From the NCBI GenBank assembly GCA_000008085.1, contig AE017199.1:1-32000 (forward strand): 32,000 nucleotides of DNA, read 5' to 3'. The stretch is from Nanoarchaeum equitans Kin4-M. GTDB taxonomy: Archaea; Nanobdellota; Nanobdellia; Nanobdellales; Nanoarchaeaceae. The notes below the pieces were generated by a model that ran no database searches, was not told the DNA's origin, and worked only from the letters and a program-made list of their open reading frames with translations. The translations under genes were made by a program, and so were the position numbers. Below, one piece after another: positions 24,345 through 32,000 of the stretch (position 1 is its first letter; every line of letters starts with the position of its first letter).

Positions 24345-25118
24345 GTGAAAGATCTAAGTGTTATTATTTTATCGGGAGGCTTTGCAACAAGGTTAAAACC
24401 CCTATCAGAATACATACCAAAGCCCTTATTGCCTATCGGCGGTGTACCAATAATAAATTATATTTTACAAAGGGTTATAGAACTAAACCCAGAACGAATA
24501 ATAATATCTGTAAACAAAAAATTCGAAAACCATTTTAGATATTGGTTGAAAACTTTAGAAAACGATAAAATCGAGCTAATCGTAACTCCTATAAAAGATG
24601 TTAAAGAGCTTAAAGGAGCAATATGGGATTTAAATTACTCTATTAAAGAGGCTTGGATTAACGAAAACTTATTAGTTGTTGCTGGAGACAATTTGTTTGA
24701 TTTTAATTTAAGAAAATTAATTAGAATAATGAGAGAAAACAAATCATTTGCTTTGGCTTTGTATGATGTTAAAAATTTAGAACTAGCTAAAAGATATGGA
24801 GTTGTAAAGCTAAAAAGCAATAAAATTATCGATTTTAAAGAAAAACCTGAAAAACCCGAAAGCACTCTAGTTTCAACAGCAATTTATGCTATCCCTAAAG
24901 AAAAACTAAGTCTAATAGATGAATATATAGAAAACCCAAATAATGAAAAAGACAAACTAGGAAAACTAATAGAATGGCTACTTTACACAAAAAATGAACC
25001 GGTCTATGGTATTATTTATGAAGGAAACTGGTTTGACATCGGTAGTTTAGACGAATACATTAGAGCTAATAAATTTGTTGAAAAAACAGGTTGGAATAAC
25101 AGATTTCTGTGGCCTTAG
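24345..25118 (+). CDS. Sugar-1-phosphate nucleotidyltransferase
   Basis: GTG start. VIILSGGFATRLKPLSEYIPKPLLPIGGVPIINYIL is the G-x-G-t-R-l-x-P-l-t signature. It also has VVAGDNLFD and RYGVV. Confidence 0.8.
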   Translation: MKDLSVIILSGGFATRLKPLSEYIPKPLLPIGGVPIINYILQRVIELNPERIIISVNKKFENHFRYWLKTLENDKIELIVTPIKDVKELKGAIWDLNYSIKEAWINENLLVVAGDNLFDFNLRKLIRIMRENKSFALALYDVKNLELAKRYGVVKLKSNKIIDFKEKPEKPESTLVSTAIYAIPKEKLSLIDEYIENPNNEKDKLGKLIEWLLYTKNEPVYGIIYEGNWFDIGSLDEYIRANKFVEKTGWNNRFLWP

Positions 25119-25198
25119 AAATAAAATATGGCTGTAAAAGATATTGTCTAACTTTTAGTAGTAATACAGAGCTTTATTAGATCGTTACTATTAATATT

Positions 25199-25507
25199 AT
25201 GAAGACGATAGAAATAGAAATCGTTAGACCTGTAAACCCAGTGGGTATTAGCTTTGTAAGATATCTATGGGGAGCTATGGCAGCTAGAGACAGAGAAGTA
25301 TTAGAGAGGCATAGAAAAGAATTCTCTAAACTAGTACAAAGGCTAGGCTATACAATAGAAGAAAAAATTGGTACTGGCAAACTAATAACAGGCAAAGTAG
25401 TAATAGAATTGGATGAAGATGACAAACCATTAAAAGCTAGAGTAGAAGAGCTAAAAATTTGGGAGCCAGTAAAAGAAATAAATGAAAAAATCGAAGTTGA
25501 ATTATAG
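25199..25507 (+). CDS. Hypothetical protein (102 aa)
   Basis: Clean ORF with non-biased composition (Arg/Ala/Gly richer than spurious ORFs here). Overlaps the next gene by 26 nt. No motif recognised. Confidence 0.5.
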   Translation: MKTIEIEIVRPVNPVGISFVRYLWGAMAARDREVLERHRKEFSKLVQRLGYTIEEKIGTGKLITGKVVIELDEDDKPLKARVEELKIWEPVKEINEKIEVEL

Positions 25508-26426
25508 CGAGTTAAATTCTATCTATAAAGATTTAGTATTTTTTGATTCTAATTATATTCGTAAAACCCTACATAGAGCTGATTATATCGAACAATTTTT
25601 AGATAAATACAAAATAGATTATCATATTTACGAACATTTTGTTTTAGTTCCAGATTGGGTAAAATACTATTTATACATCGATGGACAAAAAATAGATGTA
25701 TTGCCCACCGGTTTAAAATCTGGTAAAATAGAGAAAAACATAAAGGATTCGTCTGATTTGGAGAATAACTATAATTATCCTAACATAAATTTTAACTCTT
25801 ACTTAGAATCTAAAACAGATATTTCAACTCCAATATTTTATAATGTTCCTTCTTTAGCAGTATCGAAAAATAGTATAAATCTTTTATTAAACTCTAATGA
25901 CGTTGATGGCTATCTAAAAGTAAAAATAAGAGATATAAAAAACAAAAACTTTGTTATTGGTAATGTTGATAAAGCCGAACAAGCAATAGTTGTGCATTAT
26001 GACGCTTTGTGGTATGGGGCAATAGATAATACCTCTTCGCTTGGATTAATATTATATATGCTAAAAAACAAAGAAATTAATTTGAATAAGAATGCAATAT
26101 TTTTGATAGGTTTTACAGAAATAGCATATTATTGGCCCGAATACTGGGACTATTCCTTTATTAGAGTTATAGAAAAATACGAGGATGTTTTTAAGAAAGT
26201 AAAAAGAAAACTCATAATAGATTGTATTGGATATAAGGATACACAATTTTTAACGGACAAAGAATATATCGAAGCTTATGGTGTGTTTGGTGATAATATA
26301 TTAATTTATGGTACTCCCTTAGAGGGTTTAATAGCAATATACCATGCTACAAATGATACAATAGACAAAATAAATTTTGACCAATTGAAAAAAGATAGAG
26401 ACTCACTCAAAACCTTTCTTTCTTAG
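25482..26426 (+). CDS. Hypothetical protein with weak M28-type metallopeptidase-like blocks
   Basis: VVHYDALWYGAIDNTSSLGLIL resembles H-x-D...GAxDNxSG. LIIDCIGY resembles the v-x-n-l-D-m-v-G block. The Glu-Glu pair is not evident. Confidence 0.3.
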   Translation: MKKSKLNYSELNSIYKDLVFFDSNYIRKTLHRADYIEQFLDKYKIDYHIYEHFVLVPDWVKYYLYIDGQKIDVLPTGLKSGKIEKNIKDSSDLENNYNYPNINFNSYLESKTDISTPIFYNVPSLAVSKNSINLLLNSNDVDGYLKVKIRDIKNKNFVIGNVDKAEQAIVVHYDALWYGAIDNTSSLGLILYMLKNKEINLNKNAIFLIGFTEIAYYWPEYWDYSFIRVIEKYEDVFKKVKRKLIIDCIGYKDTQFLTDKEYIEAYGVFGDNILIYGTPLEGLIAIYHATNDTIDKINFDQLKKDRDSLKTFLS

Positions 26427-27497
26427 ATATTCTATCAATTTATTTCTATCTAGTACTGTTATAACTATTGAGTAAGTGTCATCTCCTTCTATTCTAACGA
26501 AGTCTAATCCTTCATATTCTTGTTTTTGTTTACTAATTTCTCTTTCTAACCTATTAAAATCCATTATCTTATATATAGAAACCAACCGTCTTAAAGTTCT
26601 TGCAGAGAGATAATTTTGATCTTTTCTATGGGCCAAATAGTATAGAAATATATCGAGAATATTCCTATGTCTATATTTGTTCCATATTTCGTAAAATGTT
26701 TGGAATTTTAACAAATCATAAGCTATGGATTTTGCCTTTCTGTCACCAAAAGCGATTACTGAGGCTTTAGCATAGTGAGGTAAGAAGGTTTCCTTGTCTA
26801 TAGTATCGAAAGGTACTCTTTTGACTTTTTCTAATGTATCCATAATTTCTTTTTCCTTGGATTTAAATTTATTAATTATTTTTTCGGGATCGTAGGGTTC
26901 GTGCTTTTTACGAGGAAAGGGCGTTACACTTTTACCGAGTTCACTACACAACTGTGGGTTATATAAACAGGCCAATAATGCATACATATCCTCCAGTTTG
27001 GTAAGCTTTATAGAGAAAAACACTGTGCCAGCGATATACAACCTATTTAACTCTGGTTTTTCGTATATATCAAAACCTACAATTCCATCCAATTCTTTTC
27101 GATTCTTTTCTTCATATAACAACTCGACTGGATCTTTGTTATTTCTGTACTTAGGGGAGACAGAAATTTTTTCATAGTATTCCCTAAGATCCCATGGTAA
27201 GTGTTGCCATATATAATAAAATACCAACCTTCTAGAAATAGCCAACGGATCATAGGGATCCAAAACACCTTTATCAAGGTTGTATACCGAGAAGTATATA
27301 AACGAGGGTAAATCATCTATCCCTGCTTTTTTTAGCTCTTCTCTATTTTCTTTATAGAAATTGAAGAATTTTTCTATTCTTGATTCTAGTGGTTGGGGTA
27401 ATGTGTAAGGCAATCTCCCCCTATGAGGGAATAAAGATCTTAAACTTCGCTTTCCAAGAATGTTTTTTAATAATTTAGCTATTGCGCTATTTTCCAT
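26403..27497 (-). CDS. Hypothetical protein (364 aa), no recognisable motif
   Basis: Long clean ORF in compact context. No nucleotide-binding or metal motif that I can identify. Confidence 0.55.
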   Translation of the reverse strand: MENSAIAKLLKNILGKRSLRSLFPHRGRLPYTLPQPLESRIEKFFNFYKENREELKKAGIDDLPSFIYFSVYNLDKGVLDPYDPLAISRRLVFYYIWQHLPWDLREYYEKISVSPKYRNNKDPVELLYEEKNRKELDGIVGFDIYEKPELNRLYIAGTVFFSIKLTKLEDMYALLACLYNPQLCSELGKSVTPFPRKKHEPYDPEKIINKFKSKEKEIMDTLEKVKRVPFDTIDKETFLPHYAKASVIAFGDRKAKSIAYDLLKFQTFYEIWNKYRHRNILDIFLYYLAHRKDQNYLSARTLRRLVSIYKIMDFNRLEREISKQKQEYEGLDFVRIEGDDTYSIVITVLDRNKLIEYLRKKGFE

Positions 27498-27543
27498 GGC
27501 GCAGTAATATGTAACAATTTAAAAGTAGAAATAAAATAAAAAA

Positions 27544-28059
27544 CTATTTTATGATAGTTAGATTTTCGCATCCTTGGCTTTTACATATATTTATTAGCCA
27601 TTCAATAGCTTTTCTGTTTCCCAATATTGTGTTATTTATTTCACAGAAATAATAACTATTATTAATATATACGGGTTTGCCTCCCAATTTTTTGCATAAT
27701 TCAATTTCATATTCTTTTCCATAATAGTAACCATTATTATCTTGTATTTCCGATGGATACCCGCTTATTATAATTAGCTGGTTTTTGGTTTTAGCAAAAA
27801 CCAAGGGAACACCATTAAAATATTTGGCAACAAATTTGTAATAAGGAGTTTTCGGAAATTCCCTATAATCAATTGTTATAGCTTTAATTCCTAATTCATC
27901 TAAAGTTTTAAGCAAATTATGGCAATGTGGACAATAAGGAGAGTAAACCACATATATATTATAATGCTTATAATGCTTAGGTTCGGTTTTGTGCATTAAT
28001 AAAGTTAATAAAGGCAGTAACAACAATGGCACGAATATTAATAACTTCTTCGCCTTCAT
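27544..28059 (-). CDS. Membrane-anchored/secreted thioredoxin-fold thiol-disulfide oxidoreductase with a DsbA-type CPHC active site
   Basis: N-terminal hydrophobic signal/anchor (LLIFVPLLLLPLLTLL). VVYSPYCPHCHNL. Four further Cys in the C-terminal part. ATGA-coupled to the upstream CcdA-like gene. Confidence 0.7.
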   Translation of the reverse strand: MKAKKLLIFVPLLLLPLLTLLMHKTEPKHYKHYNIYVVYSPYCPHCHNLLKTLDELGIKAITIDYREFPKTPYYKFVAKYFNGVPLVFAKTKNQLIIISGYPSEIQDNNGYYYGKEYEIELCKKLGGKPVYINNSYYFCEINNTILGNRKAIEWLINICKSQGCENLTIIK

Positions 28060-28691
28060 ATCAAGTATAGAAGAACTAACAACAATAGTATACCTGCTAC
28101 TAAATGCAATTCCCTAATATGTTTATCTCTCCATTCTTTTATTTTTTCTGGAGAAAATCCATAATACACTAACAAAGTTATTAGAATCATTGGTGAAACG
28201 AATATTGTTAGATAATATAACAATAACACCCAATCAATTGTTTTTTGCAATCCTAAAAAGCTAACATATGGACCGGAAGAGCATGGTAATAGAAATAAAC
28301 TCAACAATATCGCTAATGGGATCGCTATTAAGGGATTTTTGGTATTTTCTATTAATTGGTTAGCCAATGGTCTTAATTTTATGGGCATCTCTATCGATAT
28401 TAAACCTGGTTTGTAATTAAAGTATGCTGCTATTTCTAATATGGCCAAAACCAATAGCAAAACTAACAAAAATATTCTTACATAATCATAGAACATTGAT
28501 AATATAGAATGTAATATCAAACCATACAATAGATACATTATGAATATTGTAATGGTAAACAAAATCCCACCAATTAAAGCATCTCTTCTACTTTTAGTTA
28601 ATAACACCGCTAATAAAGATGCTTGTATCGCTAATACACAAGGGTTAATCGCATCAACCAATGCTAATTTCGTTGTTATAACAAGATCCAT
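28056..28691 (-). CDS. CcdA/DsbD-family transmembrane thiol-disulfide electron transporter
   Basis: Six hydrophobic helices. Paired motifs DAINPCVLAI (TM1) and LLPCSSGPY (TM4), as in the CcdA/DsbD core. Confidence 0.62.
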   Translation of the reverse strand: MDLVITTKLALVDAINPCVLAIQASLLAVLLTKSRRDALIGGILFTITIFIMYLLYGLILHSILSMFYDYVRIFLLVLLLVLAILEIAAYFNYKPGLISIEMPIKLRPLANQLIENTKNPLIAIPLAILLSLFLLPCSSGPYVSFLGLQKTIDWVLLLYYLTIFVSPMILITLLVYYGFSPEKIKEWRDKHIRELHLVAGILLLLVLLYLI

Positions 28692-28721
28692 AGAATGTTA
28701 TAAAACGTTATATAAAAATTT

Positions 28722-29234
28722 TTAGAGAGAATCTCTTAAATCTCTGAGCTTTTTAAGCCTTCTATTCGATTCTAAAAAGGAATAAACCTTCCCATGGGGC
28801 TGGCCCTCTATTATTCTATTTATGGACTCTCTCGCTATAATTAAATCCTCTATCTTTCCTAGCAAATAGGCTTCTTTTTTCTTATCATCTATTATAACAG
28901 AAACCCCTGTTAGATTGGATATATTCTTTTTAGCTTTCCCCTTTGTTCCAATTAGTCTAGCAAGAATCCTTTTTCTCTCTTTATCATTTTTTGTTGCCCT
29001 TTTTATGGGGATTACCATAAAATCATAGTTATCATCTAACAATTTGTAAGCTTCTTCCCCGAAACCAGCATTTAAAGCGTCAATAATCTTTATTGCCTTG
29101 TTTAAGGTTAATCCATCATTTGCTTTAACTATATAACTGTTCTCTTTTTCTTCCAATTCTATGTTTAGTCTTTCTTCCAATTTCTTTTTATTCCTTATTA
29201 TATTTGGTTTTTTCTCAATTTCGAAACTAAACAT
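28722..29234 (-). CDS. KH-domain RNA-binding protein (archaeal Dim2/Pno1-like)
   Basis: ARLIGTKGKAKKNISNLTGVSVIID carries the KH GxxG loop (IGTKGK). A second KH-like half lies N-terminal. Confidence 0.6.
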   Translation of the reverse strand: MFSFEIEKKPNIIRNKKKLEERLNIELEEKENSYIVKANDGLTLNKAIKIIDALNAGFGEEAYKLLDDNYDFMVIPIKRATKNDKERKRILARLIGTKGKAKKNISNLTGVSVIIDDKKKEAYLLGKIEDLIIARESINRIIEGQPHGKVYSFLESNRRLKKLRDLRDSL

Positions 29235-29269
29235 TTTGGATTACTATTATAATGCGATTTATAAATCTA

Positions 29270-29341
29270 TGGGGCGGGGGGGATTTGAACCCCCGACCTC
29301 CCGGTCTTCAGCCGGGCGCTCTCCCGCTGAGCTACCGCCCC
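29270..29341 (-). tRNA. tRNA-Phe (anticodon GAA), 72 nt, no encoded CCA
   Basis: The reverse complement folds as GGGGCGG TA GCTC AGCGGGA GAGC G CCCGG CTGAAGA CCGGG AGGTC GGGGG TTCAAAT CCCCC CCGCCCC A. Confidence 0.95.
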
Positions 29342-29360
29342 GAGATTGGTATATTATATA

Positions 29361-29373
29361 GTTTAAAGGCTTT
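29361..29373 (-). promoter_or_regulatory. BRE/TATA-like box (AAAGC-CTTTAAAC) at -32..-20 of tRNA-Phe
   Basis: Minus strand reads AAAGCCTTTAAACTATATAATATACCAATCTC|GGGGCGG, the same geometry as tRNA-Ile. Confidence 0.5.
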
Positions 29374-29431
29374 ATCCATTTACCACCATAAAATAAGTAT
29401 TCCTTTTTGTTAGATGGTTAAACATTTTTAA

Positions 29432-30583
29432 ATGATGAATGTAATAGACCGTATGAGAAAAATTCCCTTGCCTAAGAAGTTTGTCTATAAAATTGAAGAA
29501 AAAGCAAAAAACTATATAATTAAAGAAGGTCCCAAACTTGCTCCAAAATTGGCATCGGTATTGACAATTTTAGCCGGAGCAGGTTTGGCAATGGCCAAAG
29601 AATATGAAATTGACCTTAGCTCTGTAAAAGAGGGCAATATCCAATACAAAAATATAAAAGTAAAACTTAATGATACAGATATTTCATTAAATGGGAATGA
29701 TATGGTTGACTATGTTTATGAGAAAGATGGTTTCAAATATATTGATTATTTAAATAAAGTAGTAAGTGACACTTCGGGCGACTGGTATGTAAATAACGCT
29801 TTCTTTACTTCAAGTGTCAATAACCCATTAAGATACAGCGATTTAATCGAAAACGACCAAATAAAATTGTCTATCCCTACTAAAGAAAAAGAAATCAATA
29901 AATTATTAGATGAAACCGATACATTAAATAATTTGGGAGGGGCTTACCAAATAACCGATGGTACTTTAGTTATACCAAAATTTGAATATAATGGCAAAAC
30001 TCATAAGGTGGAAATCCAGTTAGATGGTGTAAATAATGCGAAATTAAATATAAAATTCAAAGTATTACCCATAGTAATAGATGAAAAGGGTCTTAAATTC
30101 AATGATAGTGAGTCCTTATCTAATTACTATTTTGACAAAAATAAACTTATAGATTACTTAACCAACATAGCAAGCAAGATGAAGGATACAAATGGCCATC
30201 TAATAGTAAAAGATGGGGCTGTATTTGTAGATTACGATAAAGACAATATCTGGGATGCTGGAATAGAACCTGGCACATATATTGATGATACCGATTTGGG
30301 AAAAATTCTAACAGGTAGAGCAATATATGCTATTGGTAACATTTCTATGGACAGTTTACCACAATATATAAAGGTAGATGGGAGGAATGTGGATTCGTCG
30401 AATCCCATCTATACAAATATAAGTAGGGCATTACAGAATGGCATATCATTCGAAAAACTGCTGTATCTTGTAGATGTTAGCGAAGTGGATGCTGATTACT
30501 CTAAAAAATTCGCTATTCCTGCACCAGTGCTTGGAGTAATGGGATTGGTACCATTATTTAAAAGAAAAAGGAAAAATGCTTAG
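29432..30583 (+). CDS. Secreted/surface protein with an N-terminal signal-like helix and a C-terminal hydrophobic anchor plus basic tail
   Basis: N-terminus KLASVLTILAGAGLAMAKE. C-terminus PAPVLGVMGLVPLFKRKRKNA*. The body is Asn/Asp/Tyr-rich. Confidence 0.6.
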   Translation: MMNVIDRMRKIPLPKKFVYKIEEKAKNYIIKEGPKLAPKLASVLTILAGAGLAMAKEYEIDLSSVKEGNIQYKNIKVKLNDTDISLNGNDMVDYVYEKDGFKYIDYLNKVVSDTSGDWYVNNAFFTSSVNNPLRYSDLIENDQIKLSIPTKEKEINKLLDETDTLNNLGGAYQITDGTLVIPKFEYNGKTHKVEIQLDGVNNAKLNIKFKVLPIVIDEKGLKFNDSESLSNYYFDKNKLIDYLTNIASKMKDTNGHLIVKDGAVFVDYDKDNIWDAGIEPGTYIDDTDLGKILTGRAIYAIGNISMDSLPQYIKVDGRNVDSSNPIYTNISRALQNGISFEKLLYLVDVSEVDADYSKKFAIPAPVLGVMGLVPLFKRKRKNA

Positions 30584-32000
30584 ACTTATAATATTATTTT
30601 TAACTATTATTGGAGCATTAGCTATCAATGTAAATGTATATAGTGGCACTTTAGTAAAGAGTGAGGATAATTATTTAATTCTATTAAAAATAGGAGAAGG
30701 TTCTTTTGATGCAAATAAAGTGACAATTACTTCGTTAAATAGCACATTTTATTTAGATTATTTTAACAATATAAATTCGTCTATTGATAATTATGTATAC
30801 TTTGACTGCCCCAGTGGTATAAAACATACAATTACCTTTCATGATGTAATAAATGTTGGGACGGATAGAGGAAGAATACCACAACCTACAATAATTCTTG
30901 ATATACCTAACGAAACAGGGTGTAAACTAATAATGAAAGATTATAATAATGCTTTGGAAAGATCTGAATTTAATGTTTCTGTTTGTAAGGACTTAACTTG
31001 TAACAAAAACCATGTACAAAAAGTCCTATCTGTACAACCTACCGCAACACTAAGCGTTTCTCCCAGTACTATTAATGTTGGAGAAAGCGTAACAATTACT
31101 CTAACCGCCAATAATTGTTACAAAGATCCTGTTAATTTAGGAGGAAGCTACGAAATTACCGATGATAAAAGTGAAATATCTTACAGTGGTACATTTAATG
31201 GGAATTTAAGTATTAGCAAATCGTTTACACTCACACAAACAGGTACACACACTATAACAGCGAAGCTCTATTGTTATAATGGAATTATAACAAAAACTGC
31301 TACTGTTAGAGTAAATAAACCATCTCCTACTCCATCTCCATCCCCGAAACCATCCCCATCTGTTTCTTTGAGCGTTACACCTACTAGCATAAACCAGTAT
31401 GAAAGTATAGAGATAACAGCAACAATAAATAATTGTAATGGGGGAACATTCCATATATGGGATAGCCAAGGTGAATATGACAAAACCGGTAATGTAACAG
31501 GTAATACATATACTTTTACTGATACTATACAACTAACTATACCGGGTACTCATACTATATCTCTTAGTGCAACATGTAATAGCAATAATTACACAGATAG
31601 CAAAACAGTAATTGTTAACGAAGTACCATTACAAATTAATTCCGTAACACCAATAAACTTTACAGCTATTAAAATTGTAACGAACAAATATGTTAATACT
31701 ATAAATGCTACTTTAAATGAAAAATATTTGCATTGGACGCCTTCTCAAAGAAAAATCGAGAATTATAACGAGAAAGTTGATTGTTCACAACAAGGCATAA
31801 AATATGAATATATATGTGTATTTAACAATTTTATAGCCAATGGATCAAAAATAACAATAGAAGCGGATAGTAAACAATTTAACTTTGCTATGAATAATGA
31901 AACATTGCCAGACATTTTATATTATATAGAGCCCAACAAACCCATTTTCATAGCTTTTGAAGGATATGTTGATATTAGTTATAAACCATTTAATGATGCT
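30576..32000 (+). CDS. Large secreted Cys- and sequon-rich protein with two tandem Ig-like (CARDB/PKD-like) domains; 3' end runs off the window
   Basis: Absent from the ORF track because it has no stop in the window. The frame from ATG 30576 is open for 475 codons (read through by hand). Signal peptide MLRLIILFLTIIGALAINVNVYSG. Overlaps the upstream gene by 8 nt. At least 11 N-x-S/T sequons and at least 10 Cys. Confidence 0.7.
   Translation, partial: MLRLIILFLTIIGALAINVNVYSGTLVKSEDNYLILLKIGEGSFDANKVTITSLNSTFYLDYFNNINSSIDNYVYFDCPSGIKHTITFHDVINVGTDRGRIPQPTIILDIPNETGCKLIMKDYNNALERSEFNVSVCKDLTCNKNHVQKVLSVQPTATLSVSPSTINVGESVTITLTANNCYKDPVNLGGSYEITDDKSEISYSGTFNGNLSISKSFTLTQTGTHTITAKLYCYNGIITKTATVRVNKPSPTPSPSPKPSPSVSLSVTPTSINQYESIEITATINNCNGGTFHIWDSQGEYDKTGNVTGNTYTFTDTIQLTIPGTHTISLSATCNSNNYTDSKTVIVNEVPLQINSVTPINFTAIKIVTNKYVNTINATLNEKYLHWTPSQRKIENYNEKVDCSQQGIKYEYICVFNNFIANGSKITIEADSKQFNFAMNNETLPDILYYIEPNKPIFIAFEGYVDISYKPFNDA
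31038..31622 (+). repeat. Intragenic tandem domain duplication (~90 aa, two copies) joined by a Pro/Ser linker
   Basis: Copy 1 is ATLSVSPSTINVGESVTITLTANNC...GTHTITAKLYC...TATVRVN (31038-31316). The linker is KPSPTPSPSPKPSPS (31317-31361). Copy 2 is VSLSVTPTSINQYESIEITATINNC...GTHTISLSATC...KTVIVNE (31362-31622). Confidence 0.6.

Noticed and set aside
29161-29361. 66-aa plus-strand ORF ending ...MGRGGFEPPTSRSSAGRSPAELPPRDWYII
   Set aside because: Same artefact. It reads antisense through the KH-protein 5' end and tRNA-Phe.
31206-31532. Two minus-strand ORFs (108 aa, and 69 aa at 31274-31483) with GDGDGVGDG / RWGWFRGWRWSRRW stretches
   Set aside because: They are antisense to the Pro/Ser-linker DNA (CCATCTCC / CCATCCCC repeats) of the long plus-strand surface-protein gene. 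That gene is open for 475 codons and has a signal peptide and domain repeats.

Overview
AT-rich, extremely gene-dense archaeal DNA. Many genes overlap by 4 nt (ATGA), and head-to-head start codons lie 3-50 bp apart. Three sharply GC-rich RNA-gene islands stand out, which is a hyperthermophile signature. Several features point to Nanoarchaeum equitans or a very close relative (inference): a stand-alone tRNA 3'-half gene, tRNAs that start at a fixed distance from a TATA-like box, a C-terminally truncated Lhr helicase, and a superoxide reductase lacking the usual Glu ligand. The centrepiece is a complete but physically fragmented type I-B-like CRISPR-Cas system. It has a 14-repeat array (13653-14585, transcribed on the minus strand) and a leader. 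cas2 (-) sits head-to-head with cas1 (+), followed by a cas8-like/cas7/cas5/cas3 operon (+) and a convergent cas4 (-). The only cas6 lies about 13 kb away at the window start, head-to-head with lhr. Other content: a tRNA-maturation neighbourhood (tRNA 3' half, archease, Trm10-like, MtaB-like, tRNA-Ile), L37e (missed by the ORF track), an FKBP PPIase and Ogt. There is also a SOR/ATP-grasp-like/small Cys-protein operon, a GT4 plus radical-SAM/SPASM pair, a TehA-like channel and an elongated ThyX. Further on come an interrupted M16 peptidase, an SQR-like flavoprotein, a sugar nucleotidyltransferase, a CcdA-like plus CPHC thioredoxin-like pair, a KH protein, tRNA-Phe and two co-transcribed Cys- and sequon-rich surface proteins. 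The second surface protein runs off the window end. All calls come from reading motifs by eye; no database search was possible.
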